The notes under the pieces were generated by a model that was not told the DNA's origin, did not search any database, and worked only from the letters and a program-made list of their open reading frames with translations. From assembly GCA_964057225.1 (NCBI GenBank), contig CAXKVF010000080.1:370942-434941 (forward strand): 64,000 bases of DNA, read 5' to 3'. Within the stretch, counting starts at the first letter, position 1, and the number at the start of each line of letters is the position of its first letter. Of the stretch, positions 43,201 through 58,778 are shown in pieces. Source of the stretch: Auanema rhodensis. Lineage: Eukaryota; Animalia; Nematoda. A program made the position numbers and the translations under genes.

Positions 43201-46200
43201 ATGTACACGTGATGTGAACTTGGTATGTAACTCGCTTCACGTGAAAGATAAAGAGATGCGGTTTTCAAAATTAGATTCCCCATGTCCATATTAGTCTAAA
43301 AACAAATTTTTATTGATATTGGTTCATGGTAACCATGACTTTGAATTTTACGTGAACTTTAATTTATGCTAATTAAATGTACACGTGATGTGCACTTGGT
43401 ATGTAACTCGCTTCACGTGAAAGATAAAGAAATGCGGTTTTCAAAATTAGATTCCCCATGTCCATATTAGTCTAAAAACAAATTTTTATTGATATTGGTT
43501 CATGGTAACCATGACTTTGAAATTTACGTGAACTTTAATTTATGCTAATTAAATGTACACGTGATGTGCACTTGGTATGTAACTCGCTTCACGTGAAAGA
43601 TAAAGAGATGCGGTTTTCAAAATTAGATTCCCCATGTCCATATTAGTCTAAAAACAAATTTTTATTGATATTGGTGCATGGTAACCATGACTTTGAAATT
43701 TACGTGAACTTTAATTTATGCTAATTAAATGTACACGTGATGTGCACTTGGTATGTAACTCGCTTCACGTGAAAGATGAAGAGATGCGGTTTTCAAAATT
43801 AGATTCCCCATGTCCAAATTAGTCTAAAAACAAATTTTTATTGATATTGGTTCATGGTAACCATGACTTTGAAATTTACGTGAACTTTAATTTATGCTAA
43901 TTAAATGTACACGTGATGTGCACTTGGTATGTAACTCGCTTCACGTGAAAGATAAAGAGATGCGGTTTTCAAAATTAGATTCCCCATGTCCATATTAGTC
44001 TAAAAACAAATTTTTATTGATATTGGTGCATGGTAACCATGACTTTGAAATTTACGTGAACTTTAATTTATGCTAATTAAATGTACACGTGATGTGCACT
44101 TGGTATGTAACTCGCTTCACGTGAAAGATAAAGAGATGCGGTTTTCAAAATTAAATTCCCCCTGTCCATATTAGTCTAAAAACAAATTTTTATTGATATT
44201 GGTGCATGGTAACCATGACTTTGAAATTTACGTGAACTTTAATTTATGCTAATTAAATGTACACGTGATGTGCACTTGGTATGTAACTCGCTTCACGTGA
44301 AAGATAAAGAGATGCGGTTTTCAAAATTAGATTCCCCATGTCCATATTAGTCTAAAAACAAATTTTTATTGATATTGGTGCATGGTAACCATGACTTTGA
44401 AATTTACGTGAACTTTAATTTATTCTAATTAAATGTACACGTGATGTGCACTTGGTATGTAACTCGCTTCACGTGAAAGATAAAGAGATGCGGTTTTCAA
44501 AATTAGATTCCCCATGTCCATATTAGTCTAAAAACAAATTTTTATTGATATTGGTGCATGGTAACCATGACTTTGAAATTTACGTGAACTTTAATTTATG
44601 CTAATTAAATGTACACGTGATGTGCACTTGGTATGTAACTCGCTTCACGTGAAAGATAAAGAGATGCGGTTTTCAAAATTAGATTCCCCATGTCCATATT
44701 AGTCTAAAAACAAATTTTTATTGATATTGGTTCATGGTAACCATGACTTTGAAATTTACGTGAACTTTAATTTATGCTAATTAAATGTACACGTGATGTG
44801 CACTTGGTATGTAACTCGCTTCACGTGAAAGATAAAGAGATGCGGTTTTCAAAATTAGATTCCCCATGTCCATATTAGTCTAAAAACAAATTTTTATTGA
44901 TATTGGTTCATGGTAACCATGACTTTGAAATTTACGTGAACTTTAATTTATGCTAATTAAATGTACACGTGATGTGCACTTGGTATGTAACTCGCTTCAC
45001 GTGAAAGATAAAGAGATGCGGTTTTCAAAATTAGATTCCCCATGTCCATATTAGTCTAAAAACAAATTTTTATTGATATTGCTTCATGGTAACCATGACT
45101 TTGAAATTTACGTGAACTTTAATTTATGCTAATTAAATGTACACGTGATGTGCACTTGGTATGTAACTCGCTTCACGTGAAAGATAAAGAGATGCGGTTT
45201 TCAAAATTAGATTCCCCATGTCCATATTAGTCTAAAAACAAATTTTTATTGATATTGGTTCATGGTAACCATGACTTTGAATTTTACGTGAACTTTAATT
45301 TATGCTAATTAAATGTACACGTGATGTGCACTTGGTATGTAACTCGCTTCACGTGAAAGATAAAGAAATGCGGTTTTCAAAATTAGATTCCCCATGTCCA
45401 TATTAGTCTAAAAACAAATTTTTATTGATATTGGTTCATGGTAACCATGACTTTGAAATTTACGTGAACTTTAATTTATGCTAATTAAATGTACACGTGA
45501 TGTGCACTTGGTATGTAACTCGCTTCACGTGAAAGATAAAGAGATGCGGTTTTCAAAATTAGATTCCCCATGTCCATATTAGTCTAAAAACAAATTTTTA
45601 TTGATATTGCTTCATGGTAACCATGACTTTGAAATTTACGTGAACTTTAATTTATGCTAATTAAATGTACACGTGATGTGCACTTGGTATGTAACTCGCT
45701 TCACGTGAAAGATAAAGAGATGCGGTTTTCAAAATTAGATTCCCCATGTCCATATTAGTCTAAAAACAAATTTTTATTGATATTGCTTCATGGTAACCAT
45801 GACTTTGAAATTTACGTGAACTTTAATTTATGCTAATTAAATGTACACGTGATGTGCACTTGGTATGTAACTCGCTTCACGTGAAAGATAAAGAGATGCG
45901 GTTTTCAAAATTAGATTCCCCATGTCCATATTAGTCTAAAAACAAATTTTTATTGATATTGCTTCATGGTAACCATGACTTTGAAATTTACGTGAACTTT
46001 AATTTATGCTAATTAAATGTACACGTGATGTGCACTTGGTATGTAACTCGCTTCACGTGAAAGATAAAGAGATGCGGTTTTCAAAATTAGATTCCCCATG
46101 TCCATATTAGTCTAAAAACAAATTTTTATTGATATTGGTTCATGGTAACCATGACTTTGAAATTTACGTGAACTTTAATTTATGCTAATTAAATGTACAC

Positions 46201-49200
46201 GTGATGTGCACTTGGTATGTAACTCGCTTCACGTGAAAGATAAAGAGATGCGGTTTTCAAAATTAGATTCCCCATGTCCATATTAGTCTAAAAACAAATT
46301 TTTATTGATATTGCTTCATGGTAACCATGACTTTGAAATTTACGTGAACTTTAATTTATGCTAATTAAATGTACACGTGATGTGCACTTGGTATGTAACT
46401 CGCTTCACGTGAAAGATAAAGAGATGCGGTTTTCAAAATTAGATTCCCCATGTCCATATTAGTCTAAAAACAAATTTTTATTGATATTGGTTCATGGTAA
46501 CCATGACTTTGAATTTTACGTGAACTTTAATTTATGCTAATTAAATGTACACGTGATGTGCACTTGGTATGTAACTCGCTTCACGTGAAAGATAAAGAGA
46601 TGCGGTTTTCAAAATTAGATTCCCCATGTCCATATTAGTCTAAAAACAAATTTTTATTGATATTGGTGCATGGTAACCATGACTTTGAAATTTACGTGAA
46701 CTTTAATTTATGCTAATTAAATGTACACGTGATGTGCACTTGGTATGTAACTCGCTTCACGTGAAAGATAAAGAGATGCGGTTTTCAAAATTAGATTCCC
46801 CATGTCCATATTAGTCTAAAAACAAATTTTTATTGATATTGGTTCATGGTAACCATGACTTTGAAATTTACGTGAACTTTAATTTATGCTAATTAAATGT
46901 ACACGTGATGTGCACTTGGTATGTAACTCGCTTCACGTGAAAGATAAAGAGATGCGGTTTTCAAAATTAGATTCCCCATGTCCATATTAGTCTAAAAACA
47001 AATTTTTATTGATATTGGTTCATGGTAACCATGACTTTGAAATTTACGTGAACTTTAATTTATGCTAATTAAATGTACACGTGATGTGCACTTGGTATGT
47101 AACTCGCTTCACGTGAAAGATAAAGAGATGCGGTTTTCAAAATTAGATTCCCCATGTCCATATTAGTCTAAAAACAAATTTTTATTGATATTGCTTCATG
47201 GTAACCATGACTTTGAAATTTACGTGAACTTTAATTTATGCTAATTAAATGTACACGTGATGTGCACTTGGTATGTAACTCGCTTCACGTGAAAGATAAA
47301 GAGATGCGGTTTTCAAAATTAGATTCCCCATGTCCATATTAGTCTAAAAACAAATTTTTATTGATATTGGTTCATGGTAACCATGACTTTGAATTTTACG
47401 TGAACTTTAATTTATGCTAATTAAATGTACACGTGATGTGCACTTGGTATGTAACTCGCTTCACGTGAAAGATAAAGAAATGCGGTTTTCAAAATTAGAT
47501 TCCCCATGTCCATATTAGTCTAAAAACAAATTTTTATTGATATTGGTTCATGGTAACCATGACTTTGAAATTTACGTGAACTTTAATTTATGCTAATTAA
47601 ATGTACACGTGATGTGCACTTGGTATGTAACTCGCTTCACGTGAAAGATAAAGAGATGCGGTTTTCAAAATTAGATTCCCCATGTCCATATTAGTCTAAA
47701 AACAAATTTTTATTGATATTGCTTCATGGTAACCATGACTTTGAAATTTACGTGAACTTTAATTTATGCTAATTAAATGTACACGTGATGTGCACTTGGT
47801 ATGTAACTCGCTTCACGTGAAAGATAAAGAGATGCGGTTTTCAAAATTAGATTCCCCCTGTCCATATTAGTCTAAAAACAAATTTTTATTGATATTGCTT
47901 CATGGTAACCATGACTTTGAAATTTACGTGAACTTTAATTTATGCTAATTAAATGTACACGTGATGTGCACTTGGTATGTAACTCGCTTCACGTGAAAGA
48001 TAAAGAGATGCGGTTTTCAAAATTAGATTCCCCATGTCCATATTAGTCTAAAAACAAATTTTTATTGATATTGCTTCATGGTAACCATGACTTTGAAATT
48101 TACGTGAACTTTAATTTATGCTAATTAAATGTACACGTGATGTGCACTTGGTATGTAACTCGCTTCACGTGAAAGATAAAGAGATGCGGTTTTCAAAATT
48201 AGATTCCCCATGTCCATATTAGTCTAAAAACAAATTTTTATTGATATTGCTTCATGGTAACCATGACTTTGAAATTTACGTGAACTTTAATTTATGCTAA
48301 TTAAATGTACACGTGATGTGCACTTGGTATGTAACTCGCTTCACGTGAAAGATAAAGAGATGCGGTTTTCAAAATTAGATTCCCCATGTCCATATTAGTC
48401 TATAAACAAATTTTTATTGATATTGGTGCATGGTAACCATGACTTTGAAATTTACGTGAACTTTAATTTATGCTAATTAAATGTACACGTGATGTGCACT
48501 TGGTATGTAACTCGCTTCACGTGAAAGATAAAGAGATGCGGTTTTCAAAATTAGATTCCCCATGTCCATATTAGTCTAAAAACAAATTTTTATTGATATT
48601 GGTTCATGGTAACCATGACTTTGAAATTTACGTGAACTTTAATTTATGCTAATTAAATGTACACGTGATGTGCACTTGGTATGTAACTCGCTTCACGTGA
48701 AAGATAAAGAGATGCGGTTTTCAAAATTAGATTCCCCATGTCCATATTAGTCTAAAAACAAATTTTTATTGATATTGCTTCATGGTAACCATGACTTTGA
48801 AATTTACGTGAACTTTAATTTATGCTAATTAAATGTACACGTGATGTGCACTTGGTATGTAACTCGCTTCACGTGAAAGATAAAGAGATGCGGTTTTCAA
48901 AATTAGATTCCCCCTGTCCATATTAGTCTAAAAACAAATTTTTATTGATATTGCTTCATGGTAACCATGACTTTGAAATTTACGTGAACTTTAATTTATG
49001 CTAATTAAATGTACACGTGATGTGCACTTGGTATGTAACTCGCTTCACGTGAAAGATAAAGAGATGCGGTTTTCAAAATTAGATTCCCCATGTCCATATT
49101 AGTCTAAAAACAAATTTTTATTGATATTGCTTCATGGTAACCATGACTTTGAAATTTACGTGAACTTTAATTTATGCTAATTAAATGTACACGTGATGTG

Positions 49201-52090
49201 CACTTGGTATGTAACTCGCTTCACGTGAAAGATAAAGAGATGCGGTTTTCAAAATTAGATTCCCCATGTCCATATTAGTCTAAAAACAAATTTTTATTGA
49301 TATTGCTTCATGGTAACCATGACTTTGAAATTTACGTGAACTTTAATTTATGCTAATTAAATGTACACGTGATGTGCACTTGGTATGTAACTCGCTTCAC
49401 GTGAAAGATAAAGAGATGCGGTTTTCAAAATTAGATTCCCCATGTCCATATTAGTCTAAAAACAAATTTTTATTGATATTGCTTCATGGTAACCATGACT
49501 TTGAAATTTACGTGAACTTTAATTTATGCTAATTAAATGTACACGTGATGTGCACTTGGTATGTAACTCGCTTCACGTGAAAGATAAAGAGATGCGGTTT
49601 TCAAAATTAGATTCCCCATGTCCATATTAGTCTAAAAACAAATTTTTATTGATATTGGTGCATGGTAACCATGACTTTGAAATTTACGTGAACTTTAATT
49701 TATGCTAATTAAATGTACACGTGATGTGCACTTGGTATGTAACTCGCTTCACGTGAAAGATAAAGAGATGCGGTTTTCAAAATTAGATTCCCCATGTCCA
49801 TATTAGTCTAAAAACAAATTTTTATTGATATTGGTTCATGGTAACCATGACTTTGAAATTTACGTGAACTTTAATTTATGCTAATTAAATGTACACGTGA
49901 TGTGCACTTGGTATGTAACTCGCTTCACGTGAAAGATAAAGAGATGCGGTTTTCAAAATTAGATTCCCCATGTCCATATTAGTCTAAAAACAAATTTTTA
50001 TTGATATTGCTTCATGGTAACCATGACTTTGAAATTTACGTGAACTTTAATTTATGCTAATTAAATGTACACGTGATGTGCACTTGGTATGTAACTCGCT
50101 TCACGTGAAAGATGAAGAGATGCGGTTTTCAAAATTAGATTCCCCCTGTCCATATTAGTCTAAAAACAAATTTTTATTGATATTGGTGCATGGTAACCAT
50201 GACTTTGAAATTTACGTGAACTTTAATTTATGCTAATTAAATGTACACGTGATGTGCACTTGGTATGTAACTCGCTTCACGTGAAAGATAAAGAGATGCG
50301 GTTTTCAAAATTAGATTCCCCATGTCCATATTAGTCTAAAAACAAATTTTTATTGATATTGGTGCATGGTAACCATGACTTTGAAATTTACGTGAACTTT
50401 AATTTATTCTAATTAAATGTACACGTGATGTGCACTTGGTATGTAACTCGCTTCACGTGAAAGATAAAGAGATGCGGTTTTCAAAATTAGATTCCCCATG
50501 TCCATATTAGTCTAAAAACAAATTTTTATTGATATTGGTGCATGGTAACCATGACTTTGAAATTTACGTGAACTTTAATTTATGCTAATTAAATGTACAC
50601 GTGATGTGCACTTGGTATGTAACTCGCTTCACGTGAAAGATAAAGAGATGCGGTTTTCAAAATTAGATTCCCCATGTCCATATTAGTCTAAAAACAAATT
50701 TTTATTGATATTGGTTCATGGTAACCATGACTTTGAAATTTACGTGAACTTTAATTTATGCTAATTAAATGTACACGTGATGTGCACTTGGTATGTAACT
50801 CGCTTCACGTGAAAGATAAAGAGATGCGGTTTTCAAAATTAGATTCCCCATGTCCATATTAGTCTAAAAACAAATTTTTATTGATATTGGTTCATGGTAA
50901 CCATGACTTTGAAATTTACGTGAACTTTAATTTATGCTAATTAAATGTACACGTGATGTGCACTTGGTATGTAACTCGCTTCACGTGAAAGATAAAGAGA
51001 TGCGGTTTTCAAAATTAGATTCCCCATGTCCATATTAGTCTAAAAACAAATTTTTATTGATATTGCTTCATGGTAACCATGACTTTGAAATTTACGTGAA
51101 CTTTAATTTATGCTAATTAAATGTACACGTGATGTGCACTTGGTATGTAACTCGCTTCACGTGAAAGATAAAGAGATGCGGTTTTCAAAATTAGATTCCC
51201 CATGTCCATATTAGTCTAAAAACAAATTTTTATTGATATTGGTTCATGGTAACCATGACTTTGAATTTTACGTGAACTTTAATTTATGCTAATTAAATGT
51301 ACACGTGATGTGCACTTGGTATGTAACTCGCTTCACGTGAAAGATAAAGAAATGCGGTTTTCAAAATTAGATTCCCCATGTCCATATTAGTCTAAAAACA
51401 AATTTTTATTGATATTGGTTCATGGTAACCATGACTTTGAAATTTACGTGAACTTTAATTTATGCTAATTAAATGTACACGTGATGTGCACTTGGTATGT
51501 AACTCGCTTCACGTGAAAGATAAAGAGATGCGGTTTTCAAAATTAGATTCCCCATGTCCATATTAGTCTAAAAACAAATTTTTATTGATATTGCTTCATG
51601 GTAACCATGACTTTGAAATTTACGTGAACTTTAATTTATGCTAATTAAATGTACACGTGATGTGCACTTGGTATGTAACTCGCTTCACGTGAAAGATAAA
51701 GAGATGCGGTTTTCAAAATTAGATTCCCCATGTCCATATTAGTCTAAAAACAAATTTTTATTGATATTGCTTCATGGTAACCATGACTTTGAAATTTACG
51801 TGAACTTTAATTTATGCTAATTAAATGTACACGTGATGTGCACTTGGTATGTAACTCGCTTCACGTGAAAGATAAAGAGATGCGGTTTTCAAAATTAGAT
51901 TCCCCATGTCCATATTAGTCTAAAAACAAATTTTTATTGATATTGCTTCATGGTAACCATGACTTTGAAATTTACGTGAACTTTAATTTATGCTAATTAA
52001 ATGTACACGTGATGTGCACTTGGTATGTAACTCGCTTCACGTGAAAGATAAAGAGATGCGGTTTTCAAAATTAGATTCCCCATGTCCATA

Positions 52091-55000
52091 TTAGTCTAAA
52101 ATTAAATTTTTATTGATATTGGTTCATGGTAACCATGACTTTGAATTTTACGTGAACTTTAATTTATGCTAATTAAATGTACACGTGATGTGCACTTGGT
52201 ATGTAACTCGCTTCACGTGAAAGATAAAGAAATGCGGTTTTCAAAATTAGATTCCCCATGTCCATATTAGTCTAAAAACTAATTTTTATTGATATTGGTT
52301 CATGGTAACCATGACTTTGAAATTTACGTGAACTTTAATTTATGCTAATTAAATGTACACGTGATGTGCACTTGGTATGTAACTCGCTTCACGTGAAAGA
52401 TAAAGAGATGCGGTTTTCAAAATTAGATTCCCCATGTCCATATTAGTCTAAAAACAAATTTTTATTGATATTGCTTCATGGTAACCATGACTTTGAAATT
52501 TACGTGAACTTTAATTTATGCTAATTAAATGTACACGTGATGTGCACTTGGTATGTAGCTCGCTTCACGTGAAAGATAAAGAGATGCGGTTTTCAAAATT
52601 AGATTCCCCATGTCCATATTAGTCTAAAAACAAATTTTTATTGATATTGGTTCATGGTAACCATGACTTTGAATTTTACGTGAACTTTAATTTATGCTAA
52701 TTAAATGTACACGTGATGTGCACTTGGTATGTAACTCGCTTCACGTGAAAGATAAAGAAATGCGGTTTTCAAAATTAGATTCCCCATGTCCATATTAGTC
52801 TAAAAACAAATTTTTATTGATATTGGTTCATGGTAACCATGACTTTGAAATTTACGTGAACTTTAATTTATGCTAATTAAATGTACACGTGATGTGCACT
52901 TGGTATGTAACTCGCTTCACGTGAAAGATAAAGAGATGCGGTTTTCAAAATTAGATTCCCCATGTCCATATTAGTCTAAAAACAAATTTTTATTGATATT
53001 GGTTCATGGTAACCATGACTTTGAATTTTACGTGAACTTTAATTTATGCTAATTAAATGTACACGTGATGTGCACTTGGTATGTAACTCGCTTCACGTGA
53101 AAGATAAAGAGATGCGGTTTTCAAAATTAGATTCCCCATGTCCATATTAGTCTAAAAACAAATTTTTATTGATATTGGTGCATGGTAACCATGACTTTGA
53201 AATTTACGTGAACTTTAATTTATGCTAATTAAATGTACACGTGATGTGCACTTGGTATGTAACTCGCTTCACGTGAAAGATGAAGAGATGCGGTTTTCAA
53301 AATTAGATTCCCCATGTCCATATTAGTCTAAAAACAAATTTTTATTGATATTGGTTCATGGTAACCATGACTTTGAAATTTACGTGAACTTTAATTTATG
53401 CTAATTAAATGTACACGTGATGTGCACTTGGTATGTAACTCGCTTCACGTGAAAGATAAAGAGATGCGGTTTTCAAAATTAGATTCCCCATGTCCATATT
53501 AGTCTAAAAACAAATTTTTATTGATATTGCTTCATGGTAACCATGACTTTGAAATTTACGTGAACTTTAATTTATGCTAATTAAATGTACACGTGATGTG
53601 CACTTGGTATGTAACTCGCTTCACGTGAAAGATAAAGAGATGCGGTTTTCAAAATTAGATTCCCCATGTCCATATTAGTCTAAAAACAAATTTTTATTGA
53701 TATTCCTTCATGGTAACCATGACTTTGAAATTTACGTGAACTTTAATTTATGCTAATTAAATGTACACGTGATGTGCACTTGGTATGTAACTCGCTTCAC
53801 GTGAAAGATAAAGAGATGCGGTTTTCAAAATTAGATTCCCCATGTCCATATTAGTCTAAAAACAAATTTTTATTGATATTGGTGCATGGTAACCATGACT
53901 TTGAAATTTACGTGAACTTTAATTTATGCTAATTAAATGTACACGTGATGTGCACTTGGTATGTAACTCGCTTCACGTGAAAGATAAAGAGATGCGGTTT
54001 TCAAAATTAGATTCCCCATGTCCATATTAGTCTCAAAACAAATTTTTATTGATATTGGTTCATGGTAACCATGACTTTGAAATTTACGTGAACTTTAATT
54101 TATGCTAATTAAATGTACACGTGATGTGCACTTGGTATGTAACTCGCTTCACGTGAAAGATAAAGAGATGCGGTTTTCAAAATTAGATTCCCCATGTCCA
54201 TATTAGTCTAAAAACAAATTTTTATTGATATTGGTGCATGGTAACCATGACTTTGAAATTTACGTGAACTTTAATTTATGCTAATTAAATGTACACGTGA
54301 TGTGCACTTGGTATGTAACTCGCTTCACGTGAAAGATAAAGAGATGCGGTTTTCAAAATTAGATTCCCCATGTCCATATTAGTCTAAAAACAAATTTTTA
54401 TTGATATTGGTTCATGGTAACCATGACTTTGAATTTTACGTGAACTTTAATTTATGCTAATTAAATGTACACGTGATGTGCACTTGGTATGTAACTCGCT
54501 TCACGTGAAAGATAAAGAGATGCGGTTTTCAAAATTAGATTCCCCATGTCCATATTAGTCTAAAAACAAGTTTTTATTGATATTGGTGCATGGTAACCAT
54601 GACTTTGAAATTTACGTGAACTTTAATTTATGCTAATTAAATGTACACGTGATGTGCACTTGGTATGTAACTCGCTTCACGTGAAAGATAAAGAGATGCG
54701 GTTTTCAAAATTAGATTCCCCATGTCCATATCAGTCTAAAATTAAATTTTTATTGATATTGGTTCATGGTAACCATGACTTTGAATTTTACGTGAACTTT
54801 AATTTATGCTAATTAAATGTACACGTGATGTGCACTTGGTATGTAACTCGCTTCACGTGAAAGATAAAGAAATGCGGTTTTCAAAATTAGATTCCCCATG
54901 TCCATATTAGTCTAAAAACTAATTTTTATTGATATTGGTTCATGGTAACCATGACTTTGAAATTTACGTGAACTTTAATTTATGCTAATTAAATGTACAC

Positions 55001-56138
55001 GTGATGTGCACTTGGTATGTAACTCGCTTCACGTGAAAGATAAAGAGATGCGGTTTTCAAAATTAGATTCCCCATGTCCATATTAGTCTAAAAACAAATT
55101 TTTATTGATATTGCTTCATGGTAACCATGACTTTGAAATTTACGTGAACTTTAATTTATGCTAATTAAATGTACACGTGATGTGCACTTGGTATGTAGCT
55201 CGCTTCACGTGAAAGATAAAGAGATGCGGTTTTCAAAATTAGATTCCCCATGTCCATATTAGTCTAAAAACAAATTTTTATTGATATTGGTTCATGGTAA
55301 CCATGACTTTGAATTTTACGTGAACTTTAATTTATGCTAATTAAATGTACACGTGATGTGCACTTGGTATGTAACTCGCTTCACGTGAAAGATAAAGAAA
55401 TGCGGTTTTCAAAATTAGATTCCCCATGTCCATATTAGTCTAAAAACAAATTTTTATTGATATTGGTTCATGGTAACCATGACTTTGAAATTTACGTGAA
55501 CTTTAATTTATGCTAATTAAATGTACACGTGATGTGCACTTGGTATGTAACTCGCTTCACGTGAAAGATAAAGAGATGCGGTTTTCAAAATTAGATTCCC
55601 CATGTCCATATTAGTCTAAAAACAAATTTTTATTGATATTGGTTCATGGTAACCATGACTTTGAATTTTACGTGAACTTTAATTTATGCTAATTAAATGT
55701 ACACGTGATGTGCACTTGGTATGTAACTCGCTTCACGTGAAAGATAAAGAGATGCGGTTTTCAAAATTAGATTCCCCATGTCCATATTAGTCTAAAAACA
55801 AATTTTTATTGATATTGGTGCATGGTAACCATGACTTTGAAATTTACGTGAACTTTAATTTATGCTAATTAAATGTACACGTGATGTGCACTTGGTATGT
55901 AACTCGCTTCACGTGAAAGATGAAGAGATGCGGTTTTCAAAATTAGATTCCCCATGTCCATATTAGTCTAAAAACAAATTTTTATTGATATTGGTTCATG
56001 GTAACCATGACTTTGAAATTTACGTGAACTTTAATTTATGCTAATTAAATGTACACGTGATGTGCACTTGGTATGTAACTCGCTTCACGTGAAAGATAAA
56101 GAGATGCGGTTTTCAAAATTAGATTCCCCATGTCCATA
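52091..56138 (+). repeat. 8-monomer block duplicated at 15-monomer offset (52091-53498 and 54731-56138)
   Basis: AAAATTAAA at 52101/54741, A116G at 52558/55198, and A136G recur at +2640. Confidence 0.82.
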
Positions 56139-58778
56139 TTAGTCTAAAAACAAATTTTTATTGATATTTCTTCATGGTAACCATGACTTTGAAATTTACG
56201 TGAACTTTAATTTATGCTAATTAAATGTACACGTGATGTGCACTTGGTATGTAACTCGCTTCACGTGAAAGATAAAAAGATGCGGTTTTCAAAATTAGAT
56301 TCCCCATGTCCATATTAGTCTAAAAACAAATTTTTATTGATATTGGTTCATGGTAACCATGACTTTGAAATTTACGTGAACTTTAATTTATGCTAATTAA
56401 ATGTACACGTGATGTGCACTTGGTATGTAACTCGCTTCACGTGAAAGATAAAGAAATGCGGTTTTCAAAATTAGATTCCCCATGTCCATATTAGTCTAAA
56501 AACAAATTTTTATTGATATTGGTTCATGGTAACCATGACTTTGAAATTTACGTGAACTTTAATTTATGCTAATTAAATGTACACGTGATGTGCACTTGGT
56601 ATGTAACTCGCTTCACGTGAAAGATAAAGAGATGCGGTTTTCAAAATTAGATTCCCCATGTCCATATTAGTCTAAAAACAAATTTTTATTGATATTGGTT
56701 CATGGTAACCATGACTTTGAATTTTACGTGAACTTTAATTTATGCTAATTAAATGTACACGTGATGTGCACTTGGTATGTAACTCGCTTCACGTGAAAGA
56801 TAAAGAGATGCGGTTTTCAAAATTAGATTCCCCATGTCCATATTAGTCTAAAAACAAATTTTTATTGATATTGGTGCATGGTAACCATGACTTTGAAATT
56901 TACGTGAACTTTAATTTATGCTAATTAAATGTACACGTGATGTGCACTTGGTATGTAACTCGCTTCACGTGAAAGATGAAGAGATGCGGTTTTCAAAATT
57001 AGATTCCCCATGTCCATATTAGTCTAAAAACAAATTTTTATTGATATTGGTTCATGGTAACCATGACTTTGAAATTTACGTGAACTTTAATTTATGCTAA
57101 TTAAATGTACACGTGATGTGCACTTGGTATGTAACTCGCTTCACGTGAAAGATAAAGAGATGCGGTTTTCAAAATTAGATTCCCCATGTCCATATTAGTC
57201 TAAAAACAAATTTTTATTGATATTGGTGCATGGTAACCATGACTTTGAAATTTACGTGAACTTTAATTTATGCTAATTAAATGTACACGTGATGTGCACT
57301 TGGTATGTAACTCGCTTCACGTGAAAGATAAAGAGATTCGGTTTTCAAAATTAGATTCCCCATGTCCATATTAGTCTAAAAACAAATTTTTATTGATATT
57401 GGTTCATGGTAACCATGACTTTGAAATTTACGTGAACTTTAATTTATGCTAATTAAATGTACACGTGATGTGCACTTGGTATGTAACTCGCTTCACGTGA
57501 AAGATAAAGAGATGCGGTTTTCAAAATTAGATTCCTCATGTCCATATTAGTCTAAAAACAAATTTTTATTGATATTGGTGCATGGTAACCATGACTTTGA
57601 AATTTACGTGAACTTTAATTTATGCTAATTAAATGTACACGTGATGTGCACTTGGTATGTAACTCGCTTCACGTGAAAGATAAAGAGATGCGGTTTTCAA
57701 AATTAGATTCCCCATGTCCATATTAGTCTAAAAACAAATTTTTATTGATATTGCTTCATGGTAACCATGACTTTGAAATTTACGTGAACTTTAATTTATG
57801 CTAATTAAATGTACACGTGATGTGCACTTGGTATGTAACTCGCTTCACGTGAAAGATAAAGAGATGCGGTTTTCAAAATTAGATTCCCCATGTCCATATT
57901 AGTCTAAAAACAAATTTTTATTGATATTGCTTCATGGTAACCATGACTTTGAAATTTACGTGAACTTTAATTTATGCTAATTAAATGTACACGTGATGTG
58001 CACTTGGTATGTAACTCGCTTCACGTGAAAGATAAAGAGATGCGGTTTTCAAAATTAGATTCCCCATGTCCATATTAGTCTAAAAACAAATTTTTATTGA
58101 TATTGGTTCATGGTAACCATGACTTTGAATTTTACGTGAACTTTAATTTATGCTAATTAAATGTACACGTGATGTGCACTTGGTATGTAACTCGCTTCAC
58201 GTGAAAGATAAAGAGATGCGGTTTCCAAAATTAGATTCCCCATGTCCATATTAGTCTAAAAACAAATTTTTATTGATATTGGTTCATGGTAACCATGACT
58301 TTGAAATTTACGTGAACTTTAATTAATGCTAATTAAATGTACACGTGATGTGCACTTGGTATGTAACTCGCTTCACGTGAAAGATAAAGAGATGCGGTTT
58401 TCAAAATTAGATTCCCCATGTCCATATTAGTCTAAAAACAAATTTTTATTGATATTGCTTCATGGTAACCATGACTTTGAAATTTACGTGAACTTTAATT
58501 TATGCTAATTAAATGTACACGTGATGTGAACTTGGTATGTAACTCGCTTCACGTGAAAGATAAAGAGATGCGGTTTTCAAAATTAGATTCCCCATGTCCA
58601 TATTAGTCTAAAAACAAATTTTTATTGATATTGGTTCATGGTAACCATGACTTTGAATTTTACGTGAACTTTAATTTATGCTAATTAAATGTACACGTGA
58701 TGTGCACTTGGTATGTAACTCGCTTCACGTGAAAGATAAAGAAATGCGGTTTTCAAAATTAGATTCCCCATGTCCATA

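Noticed and set aside
54630-54812. 60-aa ORF from the ORF track
   Set aside because: It is ordinary satellite sequence. A single T-to-C change at 54732 turns the consensus TAG into CAG in one of ~363 copies. There is no recognisable domain or gene context.
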